DNA of 64,000 nt from an uncultured bacterium (GTDB lineage Bacteria > Krumholzibacteriota > Krumholzibacteriia > JACNKJ01): contig CAZVHI010000009.1 in the NCBI GenBank assembly GCA_964627205.1, positions 33,735-97,734 on the forward strand, read 5' to 3'. The position numbers were made by a program, and so were the translations under genes. The notes beneath the pieces are model-generated. The model made no database searches. It was not told where the DNA came from and was given only the letters and a program-made list of their open reading frames with translations. Below, one piece after another: positions 54,964 through 64,000 of the stretch (positions are counted from its first letter, which is position 1; each line of letters starts with the position of its first letter).

Positions 54964-56433
54964 ATGGACAAGATCACGGACCTGCGCGACTTCATCGCCC
55001 TGCTCGAGCAACGCGGCGAGCTGATCCGCATCACCGAGCCGGTCAGCCGCGACCTCGAGATCACGGAGATCGTGGACCGCACCGTCAAGGCGGGCGGCCC
55101 CGCACTGCTGTTCACGAACGTGACGGGTTACCGCACACCGCTGGCCATCAACCTCCTCGGCACGGAGAGGCGCATGGCCTGGGCGCTTGGCGCCGAGAGC
55201 CTGGAGGAGGTGGCCGACCGCGTCGAGGCGCTGATCCGGACGGCACCACCGGCCGACTGGAAGGAGAAGCTCCGCCTGCTGCCGAAGCTCGCTGGGCTGA
55301 CGAAGGCCCTGCCGAAGACCGTGAGCCGAGCCCCCTGCCAGGAGGTCGTGCTCGCGGGAGACGACATCAACCTGGACGTCATGCCCGCCCAGCTCTGCTG
55401 GCCCGGAGACGGCGGCCGCTACATCACGCAGACGCAGGTCTTCACCCGCGATCCGGCGACGGGCGAGCGCAACGTGGGCATGTACCGCGTCCAGATCTTC
55501 GATCGCGACACCTGCGGCATGCACTGGCAGACGCACAAGGTGGGCGCGCAGCATCACAGGAGCGCCGAGGAACGCGGCGCGCGCATCGAGGCGGCGATCG
55601 CGCTGGGCGGCCACCCCGCCATGATCTATTCCGCGAGCGCGCCCCTGCCCGAGGGGTTGGACGAGTGCCTTCTTGCCGGCTTCCTCGCCGGGCGTCCCAT
55701 CGAGCTTGTGCAGGCGAAGACCGTGGACCTGCTCGTACCCGCCGAGGCCGAGTACGTGATCGAGGGCTACCTGGACCCAGGCGAGCGCCGCCTGGAGGGG
55801 CCCTTCGGCGACCACACCGGCTACTACTCGCTGGCCGAGGACTACCCCGTCCTCCACGTGACGGCGATCACGCATCGCCGCGATCCCGTCTACCCGAGCA
55901 TCGTCGTGGGTCCGCCGCTGCAGGAGGACGGCCCCATGGGCAAGGCCACCGAGCGCATCTTCCTGCCACTGATCCGCGCGCAGTTCCCGGAGATCGTGGA
56001 CATGCACCTACCCGTGGAGGGCGTGTTCCACAACCTCGCGCTGGTCGCCATCAAGAAGCGCTACCCGGGACACGCGCGGAAGATCATGCAGGCGATCTGG
56101 GGCACGGGGCAGCTGATGTTCAGCAAGGTCGTCATCGTGGTCGACGACGACGTGGACGTGCAGAACCTCGCCGAGGTGGTCTGGCGCGTGACGGCGAACA
56201 TCGATCCCAAGCGCGACGCGGTCTTCGCGGACGGCATCACCGACGTGCTCGACCACGCCAGCGACCGCATCGGCCTGAGCGGCAAGATGGGCATCGACGC
56301 CACGCGCAAGTGGCCGGAGGAGGGCTTCCCCCGCGAGTGGCCGGAGGTGCTGCGCATGGACGAGAGCGTCCGCAGCCAAGTCGACGAGATGTGGCCGCGT
56401 CTCGGGATACACCTGCCGGGCCGCGAGGACTGA
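54964..56433 (+). CDS. ubiD: UbiD-family prenyl-FMN-dependent decarboxylase (futalosine-pathway MqnL/MqnM-type or UbiD)
   Basis: N-terminus MDKITDLRDFIALLEQRGELIRI is a canonical UbiD start. ~490 aa. Confidence 0.85.
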   Translation: MDKITDLRDFIALLEQRGELIRITEPVSRDLEITEIVDRTVKAGGPALLFTNVTGYRTPLAINLLGTERRMAWALGAESLEEVADRVEALIRTAPPADWKEKLRLLPKLAGLTKALPKTVSRAPCQEVVLAGDDINLDVMPAQLCWPGDGGRYITQTQVFTRDPATGERNVGMYRVQIFDRDTCGMHWQTHKVGAQHHRSAEERGARIEAAIALGGHPAMIYSASAPLPEGLDECLLAGFLAGRPIELVQAKTVDLLVPAEAEYVIEGYLDPGERRLEGPFGDHTGYYSLAEDYPVLHVTAITHRRDPVYPSIVVGPPLQEDGPMGKATERIFLPLIRAQFPEIVDMHLPVEGVFHNLALVAIKKRYPGHARKIMQAIWGTGQLMFSKVVIVVDDDVDVQNLAEVVWRVTANIDPKRDAVFADGITDVLDHASDRIGLSGKMGIDATRKWPEEGFPREWPEVLRMDESVRSQVDEMWPRLGIHLPGRED

Positions 56434-56435
56434 GC

Positions 56436-57224
56436 GTGTCCGCCGCCGATCCCCGCGCGCGCCCCGCGCGCGTCGAGCCCGCACCCGCCGGCGACGCGGG
56501 CGAATCCGGCGGCGCATCGGGCAGCGCGTCGGAGAAGCGCGAGGCCGTTCGCCGCATGTTCGCGGCCATCACCCCGAGCTACGACCGGCTCAACCATCTG
56601 CTCAGCTTCAGCCGCGACCGGCGCTGGCGGCGCCGCGCCGTGGCGATGTTCTCGCCGGGGGTGAGGCGAGTGCTCGACGTGGCCGCGGGCACCGGCGACC
56701 TGGCGGCGGCCTGGCTGCGGGACAGGCCAGGCACCGAGGTCCTGGCCACGGACTTCGTCGCCGAGATGTGCGCGGCGGGCGCGGCCAAGCTGGGCGGCGA
56801 GGTCGGCCACCTGGGCTGCGCCCGGGCCGACGCGCTGGCCCTGCCCTTCGCAGACACCAGCTTCGACGGCGCCATGGCCGCCTTCGGCGTGCGCAACTTC
56901 GTAGGTTTGGAGACGGGGATCGCCGAGATGGCCCGCGTGCTGCGCCCCGCCGGCGAGATCCTGGTCCTGGAATTCTTCCCCTCGCGCAGCGCGATCCTCG
57001 ACCGCCTCTTCCGCTTCTACTTCCACCGAGTCCTGCCGCGTGTGGGCGCCTGGATCTCGCGGGACCGGAAAGCATATTCCTATCTGCCCCGCAGCGTGGA
57101 GGGTTTCGTCACGCGCGAGGAGTTCACGGCCCTGCTCGAGAGGCTCGGCTTCCGCGAGATCCGCCAGCGGGACTTCGACGGCGGCATCGCCACCGCCTTC
57201 CACGCCGTGCGCAGCGCGGGCTGA
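56436..57224 (+). CDS. ubiE: Demethylmenaquinone/ubiquinone C-methyltransferase
   Basis: MFAAITPSYDRLNHLLSFSRDRRWRR plus the SAM-binding motif VLDVAAGTGD. GTG start 3 nt after the ubiD stop. Confidence 0.8.
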   Translation: MSAADPRARPARVEPAPAGDAGESGGASGSASEKREAVRRMFAAITPSYDRLNHLLSFSRDRRWRRRAVAMFSPGVRRVLDVAAGTGDLAAAWLRDRPGTEVLATDFVAEMCAAGAAKLGGEVGHLGCARADALALPFADTSFDGAMAAFGVRNFVGLETGIAEMARVLRPAGEILVLEFFPSRSAILDRLFRFYFHRVLPRVGAWISRDRKAYSYLPRSVEGFVTREEFTALLERLGFREIRQRDFDGGIATAFHAVRSAG

Positions 57225-57229
57225 GTCGC

Positions 57230-58162
57230 ATGCCCGAGCTACCTGAAGTGGAGAACGTCGCACGAGTCCTACGCGCGACGCTATTGGGTCGTCGCCTGGA
57301 CGGCATCCGCGTGCGCTTCGCGGGCGCGCTGAAGCCTTCGCCCCGGGTGGTGCGGCGGGCCCTGCAGGGCTCGCGCCTCGTCGGCGTGCGCCGCCACGGC
57401 AAGTATCTCCTCCTCGACTTCGCGCGGGAGCTCGACGCCGGCGAAGCGCTCGCCGGGGGCTCTGCCGCTGTCGTCGCGGAGCCGGCGGCGGCCTACGGCC
57501 CCGGTCCCCCGCCCGGCGCAGAGAACGTGCTCCTCTTGCACCTGCGCATGACCGGCCAGGTCTTCGTCGATCCAGGTTACCGCCCCGACAAGCACCTGCG
57601 CCTTGTCTTCGACTTCGAGGGCCTCCCGGTCCACTACCGCGATCTGCGCAAGTTCGGCGGCTTCACGCTCCTCGCTCCGGGCGAGGAGGCAAGCGCCCTG
57701 GCACGGGTCGGCCCCGACATGCTCGCGATCTCCTTCGCGGAATGGGAAAGGCGTCTGGCAGGCCGACGCGCGCCGCTCAAGTCGCTGCTGCTCGACCAGC
57801 GCATCGCGGCCGGGCTCGGAAACATCTACGCGGACGAGGCCCTCCACCGCGCGGGTGTGAACCCCCTTGCCGCGCCGCGGGATCTGGAGGGCGACACCCT
57901 ACGACGCGTGTGGCGCGAGGCGAGGCGTGTCCTCCGCCTGGGCATCCGCCACGGCGGTACGACCTTCCTCGACTTCGTGGATTTCACGGGAAAGCCCGGG
58001 AGGTTCCGGCGCAAGCTGAGGGTCTACGGCCGCGGGGGCGAGCCCTGCGCGACCTGCGGCACGGCGATCGAGAAGCGCAAGGTCGGGGGGCGCGGCACGC
58101 ACTATTGCCCGCGCTGTCAGCCCCCACCAAGGTGGGCCAGGTTCTCCCGGGCGCGCTCGTAG
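57230..58162 (+). CDS. fpg: Formamidopyrimidine-DNA glycosylase (MutM)
   Basis: Canonical N-terminus MPELPEVE. C-terminal zinc finger CATCGTAIEKRKVGGRGTHYCPRCQ. Confidence 0.85.
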   Translation: MPELPEVENVARVLRATLLGRRLDGIRVRFAGALKPSPRVVRRALQGSRLVGVRRHGKYLLLDFARELDAGEALAGGSAAVVAEPAAAYGPGPPPGAENVLLLHLRMTGQVFVDPGYRPDKHLRLVFDFEGLPVHYRDLRKFGGFTLLAPGEEASALARVGPDMLAISFAEWERRLAGRRAPLKSLLLDQRIAAGLGNIYADEALHRAGVNPLAAPRDLEGDTLRRVWREARRVLRLGIRHGGTTFLDFVDFTGKPGRFRRKLRVYGRGGEPCATCGTAIEKRKVGGRGTHYCPRCQPPPRWARFSRARS

Positions 58163-58246
58163 CCGGGATCCAGCTCCAGCGGCGCACCTCCGGACCAGAT
58201 CAGAGTGAAGCGAACGCCCCGGAGTATAGCGGCGGGGTTGAAACGC

Positions 58247-59095
58247 TCACAAGCCCGCGGGTTCGGGCAGAGGCTCAGCCGGGAAGCCAGCGGCGCTCAG
58301 GAAGCGGTCCAGTCCGGCAACATAGTCCGCGCGCGAGACGAGCCAGCCGTCGTCATGCCCGCCATGGATCGCGAGGAAGCGCTTCGGCTCCGCCGCCGCA
58401 TTGTGCAGCCTGCGGCCCATCGCGAAGGGCACGACCTCATCCTCGTGCGCGTGAACGAAGAGCTTGGGCACACCGATCTCCCCGACGCGGGACAGCGAGT
58501 CGAAGCGGTGGCGCAGCAGCGGACGGACCGGTAGCCACGGGTAGACCCGCCGGCCGAGATCGGCAGCTGAGGTGAAGGCGGACTCGATCACGAGCGCGCC
58601 GGGGCGCACACGGCTCGCCAGCTCGATCGCCACAGCGGCGCCGAGGGAGCGGCCGTGGATCGCGATCCGCTCCGGCGCCAGCCCTCGCTCGCCGGTCAGG
58701 TGGCGCCAGGCCGCCGCGGCGTCGGCGTAGAGGCCCGCCTCGCTCGGCTCGCCCCCACTGCGCCCGTAGCCCCGGTACTCGAGGGCCAGGACGCTGAAGC
58801 CGAGCTCGTGGAGGAAGCGTAGAAACTCTACGCGGTGAGATAGGTTGCCCGCGTTGCCGTGGCAGAAGAGCAGCGTGCCGCGCGCTTCTTCCGTGGGAAG
58901 GAACCAGGCGTGGACACGGTGGCCGTCCGCCGTCTCCAGGAACACGTCTTCGTATGCAAGACCCGAGGCGGCCGGCGTGGCGAAGAGCCGGCGCTCGGGA
59001 AAGAAGATGAGGCGGCCCTGCTGCAGCCAGACCAGCAGGCAGACAAGCAGGTAGGCTGCGAGGAGAACGGCAAGGCCGATCACCAGCGGGCGCAT
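58247..59095 (-). CDS. Alpha/beta hydrolase (Bem46/YqiA-like), membrane-anchored
   Basis: N-terminal TM helix. GxSxG (HGRSLGA). HGNAGN oxyanion region. Confidence 0.7.
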   Translation of the reverse strand: MRPLVIGLAVLLAAYLLVCLLVWLQQGRLIFFPERRLFATPAASGLAYEDVFLETADGHRVHAWFLPTEEARGTLLFCHGNAGNLSHRVEFLRFLHELGFSVLALEYRGYGRSGGEPSEAGLYADAAAAWRHLTGERGLAPERIAIHGRSLGAAVAIELASRVRPGALVIESAFTSAADLGRRVYPWLPVRPLLRHRFDSLSRVGEIGVPKLFVHAHEDEVVPFAMGRRLHNAAAEPKRFLAIHGGHDDGWLVSRADYVAGLDRFLSAAGFPAEPLPEPAGL

Positions 59096-59219
59096 GGCTC
59101 TCCTTCCCCGCGTTCGCCCGGATCCCGGGCAGCAACGCGGGTCCGATTCTACACGAAGAAACGCCCATCGCAAGCGGTCAGCGATCCTGCTATCTTCTGC
59201 GGAGCCCGGGAGGTTTTCC

Positions 59220-59873
59220 TTGTCCGCACCCGCAGCGAACACGCCCGACGGACTCCGCGCCATCGTCGCTCTCACCGGCGCCAGCGCGACCCCCTACGCC
59301 TTCCGCCTGCTGGCCCTCATGGTAGGCCACGGCGTTGGCGCCGAGCTCATGGCCAGCGAGAATGTCGACGAGCTCTGCCGCGTCGAGCTGGGCCGCGGTC
59401 TGGACGATGAGCTCGCAAGCATCTACGGCCGCACGATCGCCCCCGGCGAGAGCTTCGGGAAGGCGCGTGGCGGCGGCCCGCTCGTTCGCCGCCACGGCCT
59501 GCGCGACTTCGCCGCAGCGGCAGCCAGCGGCAGCGGCCGCGCCCTGCCCATGGTCGTCGTCCCCTGCTCCACGGGCACCCTGGGCCGCATCGCCGCCGGG
59601 GTGAGCGACAACCTCATCACCCGCTCGGCCGACGTCTGTCTCAAGGAAAGGCGGCGCCTGGTCCTCGTGCCCCGGGAGACCCCCCTCGGCGCGATCCACC
59701 TGGAGAACATGCTGCGCCTGACCCGCGCCGGCGCCGTGGTCCTGCCCGCGAGCCCCGGCTTCTACCAGGGAGGCGAGACCGTCGACCAATTGCTGGACTT
59801 CATCGTGAGGCGCATCACCCAGCAGCTCGGCCTCGCGATCGACACCGGTCCCGGCTGGGGGGAGGACGCGTGA
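59220..59873 (+). CDS. ubiX: UbiX-family flavin prenyltransferase (prFMN synthase)
   Basis: HFCD flavoprotein motifs (IVALTGASATPYAFRLL, VVVPCSTGTLGRIAAG). Putative TTG start with GGGAGG RBS. Stop overlaps the ubiA GTG (GTGA). Confidence 0.75.
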   Translation: MSAPAANTPDGLRAIVALTGASATPYAFRLLALMVGHGVGAELMASENVDELCRVELGRGLDDELASIYGRTIAPGESFGKARGGGPLVRRHGLRDFAAAAASGSGRALPMVVVPCSTGTLGRIAAGVSDNLITRSADVCLKERRRLVLVPRETPLGAIHLENMLRLTRAGAVVLPASPGFYQGGETVDQLLDFIVRRITQQLGLAIDTGPGWGEDA

Positions 59874-60811
59874 ACACGGGCCGTGTCGGACGGGACACGG
59901 GAGCCGAGGCTGCCGCAGCGGACCCCCGGCCTCAGGGTTTCTTCGCCCGCCTGGCGACCGTGCTGGACATGATCCAGTTCGCCCACACGCTCTTCGCCCT
60001 GCCCTTCGCTCTGCTGGGCGCTGCCCTCGCCGCCCGCTGGGCGCCAGTCCCCGGCTTTCCGGGCTGGAGACCCCTACTGTGGATCCTGGCCTGCATGGTC
60101 ACGGCCCGCAGCGCGGCCATGGCCTACAATCGCCTCGCGGACCGGGACGTGGACGCCGAGAATCCCCGCACCGCCGCCCGCGCCATCCCGGCGGGACGCC
60201 TCGGCCCGCGCTGGGTGGCCGTCTTCGTAACTATCAATGCTATCTTGTTTGTTTACTTTGCTTTTCAGCTGAATCCCCTGGCTGGCCGGCTGAGCCCCTT
60301 CGCCCTGGCCTGGATCCTCGCTTACTCGCACACGAAGCGCTTCTTCTCGGGCTCCCACTTCTGGCTCGGCGCCTCCCTGGCCCTGGCGCCCCTGGGGGCC
60401 TGGATCGCGGTCCGGGGAGAGCTGACCGGCGCCCCTTGGCTGGCGGCCCTGGCGGTCCTCCTCTGGGTCGCGGGTTTCGACATCATCTACGCTTGTCAGG
60501 ATCTCGACTTCGACCGTCGGCGGGGCCTCCGCTCCCTCGGCGCCCGGCTCGGGGCCCCGGCGGCCCTGCGCCTGGCCGCCCTCTGCCATCTGCTGGCCTC
60601 GGCCGCCCTCCTGGGCTTCGGCCTCCGCCGCGGCTTCGGCCTTCCCTATCACTCCGGCTGGGTCTTGGCCTCGCTCTTGCTGGTCTGGGAGCATAAGGTG
60701 GTGCGCGGCGGGGATTTGTCTCGGATCGACCTGGCCTTCTTCCGGATCAACAGCTGGGTAGGGGTCATCGTCTTCCTGGCCGCCCTTCTCGACATCGTGT
60801 TGGCGCGCTGA
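59870..60811 (+). CDS. ubiA: UbiA-family aromatic prenyltransferase (MqnP/UbiA)
   Basis: NRLADRDVDAEN (NDxxDxxxD-type) and a second Asp-rich motif DIIYACQDLDFD. Multi-TM. Confidence 0.8.
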   Translation: MNTGRVGRDTGAEAAAADPRPQGFFARLATVLDMIQFAHTLFALPFALLGAALAARWAPVPGFPGWRPLLWILACMVTARSAAMAYNRLADRDVDAENPRTAARAIPAGRLGPRWVAVFVTINAILFVYFAFQLNPLAGRLSPFALAWILAYSHTKRFFSGSHFWLGASLALAPLGAWIAVRGELTGAPWLAALAVLLWVAGFDIIYACQDLDFDRRRGLRSLGARLGAPAALRLAALCHLLASAALLGFGLRRGFGLPYHSGWVLASLLLVWEHKVVRGGDLSRIDLAFFRINSWVGVIVFLAALLDIVLAR

Positions 60812-60945
60812 ATCTTGCGGCCGGAGGGCCGCTACCGGCGAGCCAAATGCCTGCTTGCGAGATACCCGGGCTTGCCATAGCATGTCCGCGCCCGCGCCCC
60901 GCCGGGCCGGAGCGTATTGCCGGGTGAGAGAAAAAGGAGACGAGC

Positions 60946-61809
60946 ATGGGTCCGCTCCGCATCGGAGTCATTTCCTTCGTCAACACGCTTCCCCTGATCC
61001 GCGGCCTCGAGAGAGGCATCCCGGGGGACTACGAGCTCGTCTATTCGAATCCCAGCACGCTGGCCGATCGACTGCGCTACGGCGAGCTGGACGTGGCCCT
61101 GATCCCCTCGGTGGAGTTCTTCCGCGGCGTGGGACACGGCGTCGTGCCCGGCCCCTGCATCGCCAGCCACGGTCCCGTCGAGAGCATCCGCCTCCTGGCC
61201 AACGAACCTCTCGACCAGCTGAGCAGCGTCCTGGTGGACCAGAGCAGCCGCTCGAGCGTGGCGATGCTGCGCCTGCTGCTGGACCGCGTCCATCGCTGCA
61301 ATCCCGACCTCCACACATTCCGCCCCGACCCCGAGCAGCCGCTGCTGGGCCCGGACGGCGAGCGGTCCCCGGCGGCCCTCATCATCGGTGACACCGCCAT
61401 GGAGGCCGACCCGGCTCAGGCCGAGCGGGTGATCGACATGGGCGAGTGGTGGCAGAACACCTTCCACCGCCCCTTCGTCTACGCGCTCTGGGTCTACCGC
61501 GAGTCGGCCGACGGAATGCCGGCCGACGAGCTGACTGAGCTGCTCCGGGAGAGCTTCCGCGTGGGGATCCGCGAGCTGCCTCTGATCTGTGAGGAGGTGG
61601 CCGAGGCCAAGGGCTGGCGCGAGGCTTACGTGCACGAGTACCTGACGCGCAAGATCCACTTCAAGCTGGACACCCGCGCCCTGGACGGACTGCGCTTCTT
61701 CCGCCGCCTCTGCATCGAGAGCTACCTGGCCCCCGAGCGCCACGGCGTGGCGGAAACCCTGGAAACTCTCGCTGCCGAGTCGCAGAGCTTCACGGGGACG
61801 CTGTCCTAA
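60946..61809 (+). CDS. mqnA: MqnA/MqnD-family menaquinone (futalosine pathway) biosynthesis protein
   Basis: IGVISFVNTLPL...GELDVALIPSVE is typical of the VitK2_biosynth (MqnA/MqnD) fold. AAGGAG RBS. Confidence 0.75.
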   Translation: MGPLRIGVISFVNTLPLIRGLERGIPGDYELVYSNPSTLADRLRYGELDVALIPSVEFFRGVGHGVVPGPCIASHGPVESIRLLANEPLDQLSSVLVDQSSRSSVAMLRLLLDRVHRCNPDLHTFRPDPEQPLLGPDGERSPAALIIGDTAMEADPAQAERVIDMGEWWQNTFHRPFVYALWVYRESADGMPADELTELLRESFRVGIRELPLICEEVAEAKGWREAYVHEYLTRKIHFKLDTRALDGLRFFRRLCIESYLAPERHGVAETLETLAAESQSFTGTLS

Positions 61810-61816
61810 GGGGCCC

Positions 61817-63307
61817 ATGCGGAGCCCCCACCAGCTCTACGACTCCTGCCGCCTGCCCGGCTTCCTGCCGGAGAGCCCGACCACGCCCGACACTCCCGCC
61901 GCGTCTGGCCCTTCCGAGCACTCCCGGGACGAACCCGCGCCCGCCGCGGACGCGCCGCGGCTCTACCGCGCGGGGCTCCTGCTCCCGCTGGCCTCGCCCC
62001 CCATCGCCGACGGCGCCGTGCTCGTGGCAGACGGCCGCGTGCGGGCCCTCGGCCCGGCCCGCGAGCTGATCCGCGAGCATGGAGACGCCGCCGTCGCCTG
62101 TGAGATGCCGGGCGCCGTGCTCCTGCCCGGACTGGTCAACGCGCACTGCCATCTCTCGCTCAGCATCGCCGAGGGCCTGCTCCCTCCCCGCGAGGACTTC
62201 GTCGACTGGATACTGGGGCTGGTCGCGGCCCGCCGCAGCTGGACCGAGCGCGAGTTCGAGCTGTCGATCCGGGCCGGCCTGCGCGAGACGCTGCGCGGCG
62301 GCTGCGCCTGCCTGGGCGACATCGTGACGGACTGGGACTTCGACGCCTGGGGCTTCCTGGGCGCGGAACACGCGCCGCTGCGCATCCGGGGTTTCCGCGA
62401 GTGGCTGGGCTGGCCGGAGGGCGAGCGCCGCGCGGCTGCGGCCAGCGCGGCGGCCTGGCTGGCCGCAGAGGGTTTCGTGACCGGCGCCGCCGAGTCTGGC
62501 ACGGGTCGCGGCGAGGACGGGTGCCCCGCGCGCGCGGGCGGCCTCTTCCCCGGCCTGAGCCCCCACGCCCCCTACAGCACCCACCCCCAGCTCTACGAGG
62601 AGCTGATCACGCTCGCCGAGGGCGCGGGCCTGCCGCTCTCCACCCACGCGGCCGAGACGGCGGCCGAGGTCGAGTTCCTGCGCGCGGGGACGGGACCCTT
62701 CGCGGACCTGCACCGGCGCGTGGGCTGGAAAGGCGACGGCGCCGCGGCCTGGGGGAAGCGCAGCTTTGCCCGCTGGCTCGCCGAGCGCGCGCCGGGCGTG
62801 CCCCTGCAGCTCGTGCACGGCACGCAGCTGGGCGACGAGGAGATCGCCTTGCTCGCAGGCCTCGACGCGACGGTCGTCTACTGCCCTGGCTCGGTGGCTT
62901 GGTTTTGCGGCGACGAAGACCCCCACCCTGTCACACGCCTCCTGGCGGCGGGGGTGACCGTGGCTCTGGGCACGGACTCGCTGGCCAGCAGCCCCAGCCT
63001 GAACCTGCCACTCACTTGCACCCTGGCCCATCGCGCTCATCCGGAGCTGGAGCCGGAGGTCATCCTCGAGATGGTCACGCGCGCCGGGGCGCGCAGCCTG
63101 GGCTTCCCGGACGCCGGGGCTCTCGCGCCGGGCGGGCCGGCGGACTTCCTGCTCTTTGACCTGGCGGGGGTGGGCGATGCGTCGCGACTGAGCGCGGCGG
63201 AGGCGGTCGAGGGCGCGCTGCTCTCGGGCTACCGTGTGCCGAGCCTGCACGTCTTCGCCGGCGAGCCTTACGCCTTCGCGGGGCTGCCGCCTTTCCCCCG
63301 ATCCTAG
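61817..63307 (+). CDS. Amidohydrolase-superfamily protein (candidate aminodeoxyfutalosine deaminase)
   Basis: Metal-binding motif LPGLVNAHCHL. Amidohydrolase core (HAAET..., GTDS). Adjacent to mqnA. Start position uncertain (N-terminal ~50 aa look low-complexity). Confidence 0.65.
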   Translation: MRSPHQLYDSCRLPGFLPESPTTPDTPAASGPSEHSRDEPAPAADAPRLYRAGLLLPLASPPIADGAVLVADGRVRALGPARELIREHGDAAVACEMPGAVLLPGLVNAHCHLSLSIAEGLLPPREDFVDWILGLVAARRSWTEREFELSIRAGLRETLRGGCACLGDIVTDWDFDAWGFLGAEHAPLRIRGFREWLGWPEGERRAAAASAAAWLAAEGFVTGAAESGTGRGEDGCPARAGGLFPGLSPHAPYSTHPQLYEELITLAEGAGLPLSTHAAETAAEVEFLRAGTGPFADLHRRVGWKGDGAAAWGKRSFARWLAERAPGVPLQLVHGTQLGDEEIALLAGLDATVVYCPGSVAWFCGDEDPHPVTRLLAAGVTVALGTDSLASSPSLNLPLTCTLAHRAHPELEPEVILEMVTRAGARSLGFPDAGALAPGGPADFLLFDLAGVGDASRLSAAEAVEGALLSGYRVPSLHVFAGEPYAFAGLPPFPRS

Positions 63308-64000
63308 GAGATCGTCCTACCCTGCTCGCAGAGCTCGTCGACGAGGGCGAGCTCCCTCTCCACGCGCTCGTCCCAGGAGTCGAAGTGCTCCTCGGCGAAG
63401 TGGCGCGCGCCCTCGCCCAGGCGGGCGCGGAGTTCGTCTTCGCATGCGAGGCGGCGGAGCGCGGCGAGCAGGGCGTCGTCATCGCCGTGGGGCACGAGCA
63501 GGCCGGTCTCCTCGTGGATCACGGTCTCGGCCGTGCCCGCTACGTCGCTGGCGAGCACGGGCACGCCGCAGACCATGGCCTCGCTGGTCGGGATGGAGCC
63601 GTTGGAATAGGTGTTGATCGTGAGGAAGAGGTCCGCGGCGGCGAACAGGCGCGGCACCTCGTCGTGGGGTACGGCGCCGAGGAAGCGCACGCGCTCGGGT
63701 TCGGCGAGGCGGGCGGCGTCGGCGCGCAGGCCGTCCTCGTCGGGGCCCGAGCCGGCGATGAGCAGGCGAAGGGAGCGCCCCGTCTCCGAGAAGAGCTGCG
63801 GCAGCACACGCGCCAGCTGGGCCGTCCCCTTGAAGTGGTCCAGCCTCGCCAAGAAAAGCACGGCGATCTCGTCTTCTTTCACCCCGAGCCGCGAGCGCTC
63901 GGCCGCGTGGTCGTGCACGAGCGCGGCCCACTCGGTATGGATGCCGTTGCGCAGGTAGACCACGCGCTCGGCGGGGAAGCCCGCATGGATGGCGGTCTCG
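63304..64000 (-). CDS. Glycosyltransferase family 4, C-terminal part (5' end lies beyond the window)
   Basis: GT4 C-terminal motifs (LFLARLDHFKG, EAMVCGVPVLASDVAGTAE). Reading frame is open to position 64000. Confidence 0.7.
   Translation of the reverse strand, partial: ETAIHAGFPAERVVYLRNGIHTEWAALVHDHAAERSRLGVKEDEIAVLFLARLDHFKGTAQLARVLPQLFSETGRSLRLLIAGSGPDEDGLRADAARLAEPERVRFLGAVPHDEVPRLFAAADLFLTINTYSNGSIPTSEAMVCGVPVLASDVAGTAETVIHEETGLLVPHGDDDALLAALRRLACEDELRARLGEGARHFAEEHFDSWDERVERELALVDELCEQGRTIS

Noticed and set aside
1-64000. CRISPR arrays, tRNA/rRNA genes, integrases/transposases, reverse transcriptases
   Set aside because: I scanned intergenic regions for regularly spaced repeats, tRNA-like T-arm signatures and recombinase motifs. 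None were found. The repeats present are short operator-like palindromes or direct repeats, not spacer arrays.

Overview
This is high-GC (~68-70%) bacterial chromosomal DNA, probably from an uncultivated Gram-negative lineage. It encodes three secreted proteins with a FlgD-Ig-like / T9SS type-A C-terminal sorting domain (a PLD-family nuclease/phospholipase, a pectate-lyase-fold beta-helix protein and an FG-GAP protein). It uses the futalosine route for menaquinone (mqnA plus UbiA/UbiX/UbiD/UbiE homologues). Dense overlapping shadow ORFs on both strands reflect the high GC content. Gene content from start to end: folP (5'-partial)-cdaA; a secreted beta-helix protein interrupted by an in-frame TAG; a ~900 bp stretch with no credible gene; a PKD/Kelch lipoprotein; a tandem GNAT acetyltransferase; an LpxL/PatA-like acyltransferase plus GT4 pair; the T9SS PLD protein; a lower-GC island carrying a class II Fic AMPylase, an unknown secreted protein, an excisionase-type HTH and a hypothetical gene; two alpha/beta hydrolases; a TolB-like propeller; mdh; two paralogous TMTC/DUF1736-like GT-C membrane glycosyltransferases, one translationally coupled to a 1378-aa FG-GAP+BNR giant secreted protein; an SGNH lipoprotein; an HTH-MntA/HepT toxin-antitoxin pair next to a gene remnant; an AKR-ferredoxin with Tat signal; a hybrid histidine kinase; a GWxTD lipoprotein; a MIO-type ammonia-lyase with an Ala-Cys-Gly motif; an operon of FAD-oxidase/CCG plus an archaeal-style split glutamate synthase with extra Fe-S domains; an MFS transporter; an AsnB-like protein lacking the catalytic Cys; fpg; and a 3'-partial GT4. 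The most interesting signal is a short extreme-C-terminal motif [ST]WSx[VL]KxL[YF]. It occurs on four signal-peptide-bearing proteins (two beta-helix proteins and two tandem paralogous ~175-aa proteins) and is distinct from the T9SS domain seen on neighbouring genes. A direct-repeat DNA motif (TTCCCCATG-N-TTTCCCCAT) is shared by three intergenic regions, including those upstream of both small paralogues. No tRNA, rRNA, CRISPR array, integrase or transposase was recognised.
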